Translations under genes and position numbers: made by a program
Assembly (NCBI GenBank): GCA_951804945.1
Contig: OX638151.1
Span: 62,744,001 to 62,808,000 of the forward strand
Reading direction: 5' to 3'
From: Podarcis cretensis
Taxonomy: Eukaryota
Length of the DNA stretch: 64,000 nucleotides
Shown: positions 23,421 through 36,909 of the stretch, piece by piece
Layout of the letters: each line of letters opens with the position of its first letter
Position numbering within the stretch: the first letter of the stretch is position 1
Notes under the pieces: generated by a model
What the model was told of the DNA's origin: nothing
The model's input: only the letters and a program-made list of their open reading frames with translations
The model's database searches: none

Positions 23421-24576
23421 ATGATAACTTTTGGCAGTTCAGGTGCAGGAAGAGAACTCTGGGGTTCTGGGATGGGGCCCCCCTTGAGGCCAAACTGCCT
23501 CATCCACCTGGGAGCTATGGAGTCCTGGGGGGTAATGGCCTGGAAAAGGGGGTATGCTGGATATCCATGCTTATAATTCCACAAGCAGGGCTGCGTTGCA
23601 CAATGGCTACAGTTATATAGCTGAAGTTAGTTCTTGACCTCTGCTCACTTCATAATATGTCATTTAAATAAAAGTGGCCCAGTTCAACGCCAGCCTATGT
23701 ATCTGTCTCTTTATTTTGGGCACCAGGCCGCAAAATATAATTTTACATCACACGCCTGATCTGCACTGTCAGACTAAATGCAACTCTGGCAACCAAAATA
23801 GCAAAAGGCCAGCTGTAAGACTGCGCTCAAACAAGTTCAGTATGAAAGCTGATACTATTAGCAGCTACTCAGTTGATGCATGGGGGGGCATCTTTATTTT
23901 AACAATCAGAACTTACAACCCTTACCTGAGAAAACAAAGGAATTATAGTTCTACAAGTAGCACCTGCAGCCACCCTCTTTTCCAGGACACTCTATTCCAT
24001 TCTCCCTCTTCTCCATCCCTGGTTTTCCATTCCCCCTTCCCAACTGACCACAGCATTCCATGTGTACTGAGCATGCTCAGCTGTTTGTGGGAGTCCACCA
24101 TCCCTTCCCACTGGGGTTTTTGCGTTATAAAAAAATGTGTATTTCTACTAACCTTCAGGTTTCCCTGAGTATGCTGAGCTTTCCCTTCTTGTTTCTCAAT
24201 ACCCCATGCAAGCAACAAAGCCATCAAAACGCAGCAATGCATCTGAGTTCACTATTAGCATTCAGTTCTGCGAAGGAGCTAGCATTCTTTCTCACAGAAA
24301 AGTATTGGCGGCATCAAGAAAAAACAGCATTCCAGGAAGGATCTCACAAGAGCCATACTAATCCAAGGTCAGTTCAAATGACTTAACATGGCTGAAGCCA
24401 GTTGTGGAGTAACAGAGAGGTGATACTCCACTAAGGCCCAGTTTCTTTCTCAAACTGCCTTGTAGAGCAGTGGTGGGCAGAAGGCAGGCTGGAATCTGCT
24501 GGTAGATCACAGTCAACCAGGAATAACTTCTTCCTCCCAATGGCTTAGCAATAGCAAAAGCAAAGCAAAACACTTT

Positions 24577-24774
24577 GGCTTTGTACACACCATACCTTTC
24601 AAGCATGTTGATTCAAAGCACATTCTTGCCCCTCAAAGAATTCTGGGTGCTGTAATTTACCCCTCACCATGTTGCAAGTCCCAGCAACCCTTAACAAACT
24701 GCAGTGCCCAACATTCTTTGAAGGGAAGAAGATGCTTCAAATGTGCTCTAAAGGTATAGTGTGTGTATACAGCC
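24577..24774. mobile_element. Palindromic MITE, possibly PIF/Harbinger-like; relatives at ~2995-3200, ~28525-28688, 29252-29428 and ~30818-30925
   Basis: Termini GGCTTTGTACACAC / GTGTGTATACAGCC; internal inverted AAAGAAT / ATTCTTTG blocks. Confidence 0.6.
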
Positions 24775-24897
24775 TTAGCTCCTCTAAATTGAAATGTGGG
24801 AATTCCTGGTGATAGATACAGAGTAGTTCCTGGGCATGCAGATCTTTTCTAGGTGGGGGTCGCAGGATGCAGCAGATCATGAGAACTTCCCCATAAA

Positions 24898-24899
<2 letters not shown>

Positions 24900-24947
<48 letters not shown>
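24900..24947. repeat. (CT)n(CA)n microsatellite
   Basis: Direct run. Confidence 0.95.
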
Positions 24948-27876
24948 TATTTTAAAGCCAGCTACAGTTGGTGGGTTGGTCGGTGTAAGTGGGCCCCACA
25001 GTCTGTCTGTGCCTGTTGTAGATTATACTATGAAAGGGCAGAGTGCAAAAATGTTAAACAAATAAATCTAGTTTAAGTCACATGAATCATTGGCCAAATC
25101 TATTAACAGGGCTGTTTGTGCATATCAGCTTTGTGATTAAAAAGTCTGCAAAATGTTTGGAGGTTTTCAGTGAACCTTGACTGGGTCTAGTGGCTATTAA
25201 GGCAACTTGGTGCTTCTGTATCCAATATGCTACCAAGCACCAGTTACTTAGCACTTTCAGCCACTACAGAGAAAAAGGAGGTTTCAGGAAATCTGATGCC
25301 TCTTGCCACTAAAGCAACCCTGTTGCATCTTTTGAAAACCCTCCGCTCTTTTGTCTCTTCTGCAAGGGGGTGCGGAGGCAGGGATCAAAGAGGTGGTTCC
25401 GAATCAAGATTTTATGGAGCCAACTAATGGTGGTTTTTTTGCATTCAGAATCAGACACTAAGGAAGTATCAGGATGGCAAATGCTCTTACATCATTGGCA
25501 CACACAAAAAATAATTACTATTCTGATCCATGAATGCAAGCTAAGCCATAAGAATAGCCTTGTAAGCAAGGTCTGCCTTAATAGAATCATAAGCATTATG
25601 CATTAGAGTCTATTATAAATTGGTTGTAATTTTCTCCTGACACTCTGTGAATTAAACTACTTAGGATATCCCCCCCTCAAAAAAAAAATTAAAACACACA
25701 CACACAACACAACACCCTCTCCAAATGCCACAAAGCAGAAAGCAAGCTCGGTGTCTGAAGGTTAATGATTGCTCATGAAAGCTACAGAAATAAATTATCT
25801 GCCTAGGGACTCTGTCACATGATCAGCAGAAAAGCTGCAACAGCCAAAAATGTTTATGTAGAGAGAGAGGGAAGGAGGGGGGGAAGCCCACTGTCAGCGT
25901 CACCAAACCCTTCCCCCACTGCGAAATCCGTGTCCCGAGCCAAACAGCTGCTCCTGACTGCCTACATTAAACTAATTTGTGCTGCAACACTGCAGCTGCT
26001 TAATTTTTAGGCTGAACTTTTATCACTGATAAGTGTTGCAATAACAAGTGATATGATCCTATCTTGGAAATCATATCAATCACCTTCCAAAACAAAGAGT
26101 GTTTTCTAGCACAGCTAGAGAAAGAAGGGATCCTGCCGACAATACAAGTCTTTCAGTGAATGAGGCAGGGCAGCACATGAGATGGTTCCTTTTGAAAAGG
26201 AACCCGTGTGGCCACATAGGCATGCGCTGTGAAAGACACAGTGCGCATCCTACATAAAAATAGACGTGGAAAACAAGAAGTGTCCACAAGATGAAGAAGC
26301 TTAAAAAGAAAAAGCTGGGGTTGTTTGCTCAAGTCCCATAAATACAACCATTTCTTTTTCTACTCTGAAGGTAACATTGTATAATTACTACTGTACAGAG
26401 AAACATCACAGAGCAAGCATCGTTATACCCCCAAATGTCCTCAGCGATGAAAAGAAGAGGAACTGACAGCCTGTTTTTTTCATAATTAAGCTTGTGTGGA
26501 GACAATAACTTTATCTGCTATATACACATCCACTGCCCAGCCCCCCCAGCCCCCAATTGTCTCCACCACACGCAACCAGTTCTCCTCTTTCCCAGAATTC
26601 TTCAAGCCCAGGGCTGGGAAACTTTTCTTCAAACTGAAGTCCACATGCTCTCATGGACAACTTTTCAACAGCCACATTGGGGTCGGGGGCACAGGCAAAA
26701 TGGGGACCAATGGGTGTGACTTGGCCCTTTATATTGTAGACCACATTCTACCCACCCGGTAGCTGGAGGTTTCTGCTGGTACATCTCTCCAACTGAGGCA
26801 AGCAAGGGGCCTCCTCACAGTTCAAGCATACATTAAAGCCAGGCAAAAACCACTTGGCAAGGGTGCAGAGAAGGGCTGGGGAGGACTATGGCTGGAGGAC
26901 AGAACTCCTGCCTCCTCCCAAGGAATTTTGTAATTACAGTACAATCATATGCACATAGAGTCAAAAGTAACCTCCCCCCCTTTAATTCAATGGGGCTTAC
27001 TCTCAGGCAAGTGAATATAGGAATCCAGGTTTATTTATTTAGACCACTGCAGAGCATCTCCAGGCACACTTATCCTCGTGAGTATTCCTACTGCCATTAA
27101 AGGAAAGGGGGGTGGGAACCAAAGTATAAAGAAAACTCCCTCTAGCAATGTTCCAACAAGTCAATAACATTTTCTTATTTTGTTTCCCCAGTTTCTTCAA
27201 ATAACGTGTGCTTGGTTGTTCAGGACATTCAAGAACAATTTTATTACTCTTTTCCTTTTTTAGAGGTTTCTCTTTGGAATGATATCGGGTCCCTCCAGAC
27301 TGGCGGTGCTGTTGTTTCGCAGGCACAAACTGCAACAGCTCGTTGACACAATCACAGTGCAATAGCAATGGATTGATACTGAACCATCCATTCCGTTTTA
27401 TTAATTGTTCCATGATGCCTCCCCACATTATTGATGTCAGCAAAGGCACTCTTGCGCTACAGCACAACAAAAGCAGGGCCTCCCCCCTCACACACATACA
27501 AAAATAATCCATAACATTTGAAGTATGAAAATACAGGATTTAAGAAGGAAACTATAGGATGTGCTCCAAATGGAAATGAAGCAGTATGCCTCTCCAAAGG
27601 CTTTTGCAGGTACAAACTGTATTGAAAGCAGGATCATGTATAAACACCAAGAGCCCAAATAATTATAAATGCACAGTAAAGGGGAAGTCTGGAGGGGCCC
27701 ACTGACTAAAAAGGAAGCTGCTTGGGATGTGATCTCCTTCATATTATAACTACCGTATTTTGTCTTGCCTGAGAATGTTGGGGGAAGCAACTGCAATTCT
27801 GAGTAAAAAAGGGGGGGGGGCTGAATGAGGTGGCCTTTCCACTGTTGGAGGGTATGGCGTTATCTGATCCCTGATC

Positions 27877-28015
27877 CATCTGAAGGCAGCCCTGTTTAGG
27901 GAAAGGTTGTTTTTTTAATGTTTAATGTTTTATTATGTTTTTATATGTGTTAGAAACCACTCAGAGTGACTGGGACAATCCAATCAGCTGGGCGGGGTAT
28001 AAATAGTAAAATTAT
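27877..28015 (+). mobile_element. L2 3' end fragment
   Basis: CATCTGAAGGCAGCCCTGTTTAGGGAA...GGGCGGGGTATAAAT, as in 3336-3812. Confidence 0.75.
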
Positions 28016-28167
28016 TTTTATAGAATAGTATGTCTCTATTTTCATCAAAAAAATGTTGGAGGGTATGCTTTTGGACTGTATCTATAGGTTTCCCCCTCTG
28101 AGTCAAATAACTGGGGTCAAATAAGTGTTGTTTACTTTTTATAATACAGGGAAGGTATAATACCTCA

Positions 28168-28315
28168 GGAGGTTCTGGACTCTCCTTCCTTGGAGGTTTC
28201 TAAGCAGAGGTTGGATGGCCATCCGTCATGGATGCTTTAACAGAGTTTCCTACATAGCAGGGGGTTGCACTAGAAAGAAGACCCTTGAGGTCCCTTCCAG
28301 CTCCATGATTCTATG
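28168..28315 (+). mobile_element. CR1 LINE 3' end
   Basis: TTGGAGGTTT...GGTCCCTTCCAGCTCCATGATTCTATG terminus. Confidence 0.8.
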
Positions 28316-29251
28316 TTTTCCTGATTCAACAATATTTCATTATGTTCCTATCATTTTGTGTAATTGTATTTTGTATAAATTATAAAAATTATAAATAAAA
28401 CATGTTGTATTTACAAACAAAACACTTAAATAGCTGCCTTTCTACCAGTAGGACAGGGTAGGGGGGGCACAGAAAGGAAACAAGATCAGAAGGGGGCCAC
28501 AGTTGGGGAAAGGTTGGGAAACACTGCTTTTAAACACATTTTCTCCCTCACAGAATTTCGGGCACTGCACTTTGTTTAGGCTTGCTGGGAATTGTGACTC
28601 TGTGAGGGATAAACTACAATCCCCAGAATTCTTTGAGGGAAATAATGTGCTTCAAATGTGCTTTGAAGGGATAGTGTATACACAGCCTATGTTTAGCCCA
28701 GCTAAACTATACTATGTAACTGCAGAATATTTTCATCAAAATTTCTTCCTTTCTTTTTTAATTTGCAAAACACACAAGAAAAAGTGTCCAAATGGCAGGG
28801 TTCTTCTCTCAGGGGTGTGAGTGTGTTATGTGTCTGTGTGTTATTTGCATACAAGTTTACTTAAATATATACAATTGTCATTGTTGTCTAGAAAACAATG
28901 GCCTTTGCACTGGTATTTTTGCCTTTCTCCGTGAAACGTTCCAGCATTTCTCATGCTTTACTATCACTGCATCAGCATGAAAGCTTTTCACAAACAGGAA
29001 GTCATAAAGATGGCAGATCAACCACATTTCCTATGGTTATATAAATGGAATCCTCCAATGCAGATGCTAGCAGCGTCAGTTACCATTCAATTTGTTTGCT
29101 GTGAGGGCATGTGGGGAACAAGCAAATGTGCAGCACATAAAAACACCACTGTTCATAAACTTCAGCTTTTAATATCCTCACATTTTTAGTCTGCCCTTCC
29201 TCCAAAGACCTCAGCCTCTCAAACAATTTGGTAAGCTGAATCACGCTGGGA

Positions 29252-29428
29252 GGCTGCATACATGCCCCACATTCAAAGCACATGACTTCCCTTAAAGAAT
29301 CCTGGAAACTGTGGTTTGTTGAGGGCGCTGAGAACTGTACCCCTGAGAAGCGAACTGCAGTTCTCGGGATTCTTTGAGGGAAAGCATATTATTTAAATGT
29401 GCTTTAAATATACTGTGTGTATGCAGTC
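29252..29428. mobile_element. Palindromic MITE (family of 24577-24774)
   Basis: GGCTGCATACA / TGTATGCAGTC termini. Confidence 0.6.
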
Positions 29429-30261
29429 AGAGACGGGACACAAGGTCATCCAACCAACTTCATTGCTGACAGCAGACTTGAAATGGTTCTAGCTCCAAAC
29501 AAGGAGGTTCAAACAAGCGTGTCCTGCGTTAGAAACACACATGAAGAGTAGGTTACGGCTGATGCATCCTCTGGCCACAGACTCCATTCGCCAAACATTT
29601 GGAAACAATGAATGGCTTAGGGTTCCTCATCACATAGAAGAGATGGACTCATATGACTCATTTCTCCCTGTAGATGAACATGGAGCCATTGTGGGGAATC
29701 ACCAGCAAATGCAGTAATGGGGGCTGGGGATCAGCCACTATGACTCACTCGTGAGCAAAGTTGGGTGTTCTTTTTCACTATACCCCATTGGCACCAGGCG
29801 CCCAAATAGTAAGTATATTTAAAAACAGTATGGAACTCCTTCCTAGGGGGATTATGAGAGTCGCTACCCAAGGACTCTTGCTTTTTAAAGCCTCCTTGGT
29901 AATTAGGGATTCCTAATAAGGAATATTGAGGCTATAAAACAACCTCTTTATCGTTCCCAAAACCATCTGCTGGAACTCTAACCAAGAAGCCTTCACAACC
30001 AACTCTGGGCCAATCATTTTGGACAGCAGGACCGAGACAACTCTGACACTTGACTTTTTCCAGCCTACTGAGGCATGGGACTTGTGAAAGTTAACAACCA
30101 AAAAACTGTATGTCTGTTGTAAGGGATTATTTGAAGGAAGGTTGTTTTTTTTTAAAAAAAAAAAAAAAAGGTCCAGCTCACTCATTCATATGGTAACAGC
30201 TTGAGAGCTCTGACCTCTTCCTCACCTCCTCCCTGTTCCCCTTTGAAAACTCCCCCCCTCA

Positions 30262-30265
<4 letters not shown>

Positions 30266-30311
<46 letters not shown>
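30266..30311. repeat. (AAT)n microsatellite
   Basis: Direct run. Confidence 0.95.
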
Positions 30312-32859
30312 GATTCCAGCACAGTGCATAGGAGGAAGTGTTCTAAGAGGGGCTGTAAAAAAATGTTGATCCTTGAGTAATAGTAATGCTGCAAACTTGG
30401 AAAATGTCACATGCTGTTCCTCATGTTTTCCTTGGAATTATTTTCCTTGTGTTTTGTGCACGGACCTTTTCTTTTCTTTTCTTTTCTGCACTGTAGCAGA
30501 CACTGACCTGAACTGGTTGTAATTCCTGCCAAATATGCAGGCACTGTTTTTGCTACATTTTGGAATTTGACTTAGTCCATGTGTCAGACATTCACTTGCG
30601 CTTAGGAAAGAAGAATGTTGAGGCAGAAGTACTCTCTCTCTTTTCTGCACACACACACACCACCCACTGTCAATTCCACAAATGTTTTGCAGAGCTGAAT
30701 TAATTTTGACATGATGTTTGCATATAGCTGGTTATATAGTATATGCCTATTAAAACTGTTGCTCATGTTAACCAAATTGTGGACAATAAGAGTGTCCAGA
30801 ATACAAACAGCTGCTAAGGCTGTGTACATACCATACTTTTAAAGGACATGCCTCCCCTACCCCACCCTCAAGAATCATGGGAACTGTAGTTTGTTCACAG
30901 TGCTGGGAATTGCAGTTCTGTGAGGGTTTTCCCCATGCCAGCAAATGCCTGCACTGCCAACCCCCAAACTCCTCCTCATGAAACTGTCAGGTGTACATGC
31001 ACAATGGCCGTCTCAAATGTAAACACCTCAGCTTTTTTACTTACATTTTCAAAGTAGGGGGGAGCTGGTTTGAGGGGAAATGCAAGACACAGCTGTATTT
31101 CTCAATATAAAATATAGATATGAGTGGTAGCTAACATCATGGGTGCATGGCTTCCTATACCAATGGTAGGGAGTAAACTGGTGCCAGAGTAAATGGTAAT
31201 ATGTTTGCAGCCTCCACAACTCCCATCAACTGGGAAGCACACCTGGGTTACCTAGTGAGTTCATGGCAAAGTTGATATCTATAACCAGGGTCCATGCTGT
31301 TCTGGAGGGTTTCAGGAGGTACAGAGGGCTGCAGTGGTAAGGGTGAATTGACAAAGAGCATATGCTATTCTTGGCAGGCACCTCCATTCGGTCAAAAGCC
31401 TTTCTGCAATTGACAATAAAAAGTGGGGAGTAGCACTGATGAAGACCATTTTGCCTAAAATACAGAAAGCATTGGCTAAGGTCCTCTACTGCTGCTATTG
31501 GACTTGGACTAAACTGTACAGAATAAAATCTTCAAATATCTCCCCAATGTCAGCAGGGGTTGGCAGATATTACCACATGCGCCAAAGGTGTTATTATGTC
31601 AGAGTTTGGACGGAGATGATATTTTGTCCTGTTCTCACCAGGTATCTGAGCAACCAGGGAACTACCCAACAGTAATGCCAATGCAGACAGCAACCAAAGC
31701 ATTATCCAGGACTGATCCAAGGCCAAGCAAGCAGGGTGCATAGCACAAGGTTAGGCAAGAGGCAAAGCCAGAAACAGAGACCGAGCAAGCAGAGTTCACA
31801 GGGGTCAGGCAAGAGGCAGGATCTATTTTGGCACAGGACAGAGACTCAGTAGCAGCAGAGCACACATAGACAGTGTTCTAGCAGATCTTCCAGCCTGGTA
31901 CTGGGTCTTTGAGCAGGAGTCTCAACTGATTCCTATCAATTACGTCTTCTTACTCCCAAAGAGACCTTTACTCCTGAGTTCCTCACCTGTAGTCGGGAAT
32001 TTCTCCAGAGGGTCAGATTTCCATCAGGCATCTAAGATACCGCCTTTCCCTTGGGCTAGGGACTGATTCAGCCTCCATGTCAGAAGCTGAATTCACCCTC
32101 AGTGCAGACAGAGCCTCCTCAGCCTTATTCCAGGATCCTAGCCCCTCAAATGGAGCCTAATGCAGGCTTCTCCAAGCCTCCCTGGTCATTCTCTGGTGAG
32201 GATTTCTATGGCTGAGGCATGACAGACCTTTGTGGAAATCTGCCATTATGGGACAGATCACGATCCCTGACCTGGTATTGGCACAAATGTTAATTAATAC
32301 AGCAGAATACTTTATAATAATCCATAGCAACTTGGTGATGTTGTTGACAACTGCATGTATGGAAACAGTGTTCAATTGGAAAGCTGCTGATTTTTTTATA
32401 AAAGTCTGGACAGATAAGGTCCATGACCTGACACTGTCATAATAGCTAACACAGCATAACAGGGTTATTAGGGGATGCAGCCAAAGGAGATTATTCTGAG
32501 GCCGTCTGGGTGCCCTTTTTGTCTTATGTCAATAGACAAGGCCAACCACATATTGATCTACCAGGTCAATATGTGGTAGAGTATGATACAAAGCAGGAGT
32601 GAAGCCATGAGTCAAGGTATTTCCAGTAGTATGAGGGATACCACATTGACAAGTTTACAATACACTTGATGATTTTCCTTCAATGTAATATATACAACAC
32701 AAATTTGCACCCTAGATATATTTGTACTCTTTAGTTATTGCTATTTTCCTTTTTAATATATTGTACAAATACTATTGTACAAAGCCTTTTCACAGATGGA
32801 ATGCCAGCACTGGGTTTCATCCTGGGTGAATACAAAGAGTTTTGTGTAGTGCTGAGGGG

Positions 32860-33300
32860 CACCTCAATGAGTGAAGAGAGCCAGAGATGGGATCACAGCC
32901 AAAAATACACGCCATTGTTGGCCTGACCTCAGATGAGGGGGGCACTTACAGAGGGGCTTCTGAAGATGACCTCAGTATATTGTCAGGTCCCAAAGCGCAT
33001 AGACCTTTGTAAGCAGGTCCCAGCACCTGGAATTGAGCTTAGAAAAGGAACAGGAACTAGTGGGGTTCTTTAAACACCCGTGAGATGTATTCCCAATAAT
33101 CTAGGTGCATTTTTCACTGACCACATTTCTTGGACTTTCTTCTAGGACAACCCCACATACAATGCATTACACTAATCCAAACAGAGGTTACCAGAGACTG
33201 TGGCAAGATTATATTTATCCAGACAAAGAATGTTTTTGTAGGTCTCTGCATTAGGTGTGTATCCCAGTAGTGCCAATAGCCTTTGATGTTGTGGGCATCA
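32860..33300 (-). mobile_element. Highly degraded old L2 fragment
   Basis: Remnants such as ACTAATCCAAACAGAGGTTACCAG resemble the reverse complement of the SRLDYCN region. Confidence 0.5.
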
Positions 33301-36300
33301 GTTCCAAATCTCAATCCCTCTGCATGAGCAGTGACTTCTCCAATACACACACATGCCTTAGAACACTGGAGTCAATGGGGCTTGCTTCCATATGCCATGA
33401 TTCATGATGGAATGGCAGTCAGGCCCTTAAATTTCACTTGAATGTGAGAAATCAGTTATTGTGACTATTGCCGAGGTGTTATGATTGTGTCATTCATTTA
33501 TTGTGGCCTGCCAGAATGAGGCTGTCTCTAAAAATGACGCCAATATCAATAGCTGTGACTACTACCATATGGAGGAAGTTATTCATGAAGACATCAGTGC
33601 AGAACTGAATATTAACTGCCTTGAACATTTGTTTGATAATTCAGCTTCTGTACTGCAGATGGTGGCTTTTTCAAACTGATTTCACTAGCTTAACATTTAC
33701 AGTTCTATTAATAAACAGTGGAAAGTGATATTAAGATGCTAAAATCAAGCAACTGGTTTATTCTCTTGGACTATTGTCATAAGCTTGACACACTGCCAAA
33801 ATCAAGCCCCACCGTGAGACTCCCAACAAATCTCCAATTCCTCTTCATTTGTGAAGAGTCTGTGTGGGTTAAGGGGACTGCAAGACTGGGCATCTGGCCC
33901 CACTTTGATGAGGACATATGATTCCGCCGCCCCACCCCATATGCTAATGTTCATGCTTGAGGGGGAGGAGCCTATGTGCATAGATTTTACCTTGTCATTC
34001 AACTCAGTGTGATCAGGCTCCCATCATCTGGGAAGCCTGTGAGCACAGAGAGCTACACTAGGGTTGCTTTATTTCTAGACACATAGCTTCCCCTGCCTTG
34101 GATGTCCACATCAATAAGTGGATAGTGGGTTCAATGTCAGGGAGAGCCACACATCCCATCACGGGGGCTGGGACTGGAGGTATGGCCCCATGGTCCCATT
34201 CTACCCCCATTGCCCTTTCATGTGAGTAATGTATGATTACTGAGTGGCTGAACAGGAGGCCTGACATTGGAAATCATTCTAACTAGCCATTCTTCCTGAC
34301 CAATGCAACATCTCTCCTCTTTCAATTTATCTGAGCCATCTCTCTTGTTAATGAAACATTATTCAAAATGCATTGATGAGTTTGTCCCCTGCAATAGTAT
34401 CCAAAATCTGCCAGGCTTTTCCAGGGAATGTAAATTGAGAAGTCAATGAACATAACAACCAGTCACTGTGTACATTCACCAATCCTTCCATCATGAGGGA
34501 ATGGTGAACATTTCCCAGTCAATACACATAACATCCAATAGGCTATGGGATATGGGCCTATATTAACTGAATGCTGTTCATTCTCCAGTGTTTATGCATA
34601 ATCCCCACCAGGTATTGGGGAATGTGCCTATCAAGTGTCCACGGATACATGGACATGATACAACTTGGAAATACAGCTCAGAATATGGAACACCCAGAGA
34701 CAGCCTATGTTGTGGAACTTTTAATATGCTTAAAACCCTTTTTATTATTTGTAATGATTTGCTGGACAACATGCAATGTAAACATTTCATTATTTTCCCC
34801 TTAAGAAAAAAATCAGTTTCATTTTCCCAGTTTATGTTAAGAATATCAGAGAAGTTCACAAATGTCCATTTACAGCCAATGAAAAACAGGTTCAACATCA
34901 TATGAGGCTCTGAAATCCAGACCTCATGTTGAACAAATATTGCCTTTATCTCCTCGTGATATCTGATTGTTAATATTCCTCTTAAGGCTGAGTCCAATAA
35001 ATGAAGATTACCAGCTGTTTCCTAGGAATCTAAGGGCCAGTCCTAAAATCCCACATGTGGACAACTTTTGAAACACAGCCAGTATTGTTTTCAAATGACT
35101 TTTGATTAAATAAAGTGGCAGGCTGCTTTATTTTAAATATTTGGATTATAAAGCAATGCTTGTATGCCTGGCACCAGTGGACAATAGAGCTAAAGATAGC
35201 GCCACAGTACACACAGACACTTCCACCAAAATGAGAGTACACCTTCTCACCTTTGGAGTCATGCTACTTGTGAGCTGGACAGTAAAGATGGTCACCACAC
35301 GAAACCTCTTTCAAGGGAAAGAAAAAATGGCGCCAGGCCTATTCTGAACATATTGATTCATGATGTGTTCCACTGCCACACTGAGGGCCATTTTTTGTGA
35401 AGAATGAGGGACAAACTCAATTCTATTTGTAAAATGTATATGTTAGGCAAAATTGCAAACAAGCACCTGAATATTAGGTGAAATTCATACTGAAATGTTC
35501 GTGAATTTTCATGAAGACAAACTGATGTGGAAATGCAGAGAGCTGAAGGGGAAACTCAGAGAAACTGAAACTGACAGATTCACTTCTCCCTACTTCTATT
35601 GTTATATTTCACGTTCATTGATAGATTATTTTAAAGCGATCAACTGTTCACCTGCTTGAAGAAATATTCCATAGGGATTAGCCACTATGCAAAATCACTG
35701 GAGTTGATCCACAAACAGAACCTTAAAGAAATCTAGAGTCCTGATCACAGGTCTGTCCAGAAAATGGTACAGTCCCCAATATTACAATTTCCATATAATC
35801 ACTTTCAGAAGCCTATCTCATGCGCACTGAGTATTGCATCAGTAACTGCTCTTCATGAACTGTTCAGGAATTCAGGATTCCTATTCAGAAAAATAGCTTG
35901 AGTAGCATTAGACAATCTGGTGCTTTAAAAGGTCTACTGCTGTCATTAATGGCTATCAGAATGGGGAAAGGAACCTCTCATTGAATTATGTTAATGGAGA
36001 GTAATAAACCCAAGATCCCATAAGTGAACAACTGGGGGAAAGCTTATAGGCAAGGTGGCAAATAAACATCAAGATTTCAAGAAATCTAATCAATGTCTGA
36101 TTAGGCTAATTGAAGCCTGGCCACTAAAAATTAATGATTTGGAAAATTGCTGTAGTGGCAGGGATGGTGGCATGAAAGGGCAAAAACATAGACTGCCAAA
36201 GCCTAAGTGAGATAAACAAGTTTAAAAATTAAAATATTTGTGAAAACCCTCTGTAGATACCTATAGAAATACTATAACAGTGTGTAGAAGTACCAGCTGT

Positions 36301-36909
36301 ACATAACTTCGAACCAAGTTGTAGAAGAGTTTGAGGGACTGTTAGTTGCAAGAGCAAAGGGCCAAACCTGAAATTGTTATGTATAAAATATAGCTGTTTT
36401 GTGAAAATTGGTGACTTAATAGGATTGAAAAACCAAGTGGTTTTAGAACAAAGCACTTCAGTCTTGAACATACATAGCTGCTGCATTAGAAACATTTGAA
36501 ACATAGCATGTTCGTCGCTTTTTAGCAAAAATCTAAGTGTACTATTGGATAAATATTACTCAGACAGGAATATGGTCACATTTTCATATTAATTACAGAA
36601 GGCTTGGTGCTCACAGAGAAAATTGTGGTTAAAAATAGGTTTTTAATTTAGTAAATCCCCCAGCATTACTCCGTATAGTGAATAGCTCATTCCGCTGAGA
36701 AGAAGATCACCCCAGGACCATTTCATTCTTTGTGGTGCATTAGTTTAATCACTTAAAGAGACTTCCAGCAACAAACAATGAAATGTACAAGGCAGGAACT
36801 TTTGGAAGAAGACGTATTCTGTCCCGGCACCAGATAGCAATATTAAACAGCCTAAATACATTTTATTTTCAGTCACTTCATATCTTTGGTCCTTAAAAAT
36901 TAGAATATT

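Noticed and set aside
27039-27512. 157-aa minus-strand ORF as a host exon
   Set aside because: No recognisable domain, a non-ATG start and no convincing splice boundaries.
31548-32433. Another possible solo LTR (TGTCA...TGACA candidates)
   Set aside because: No matching TSD for any pair of candidate ends; too degenerate to call.
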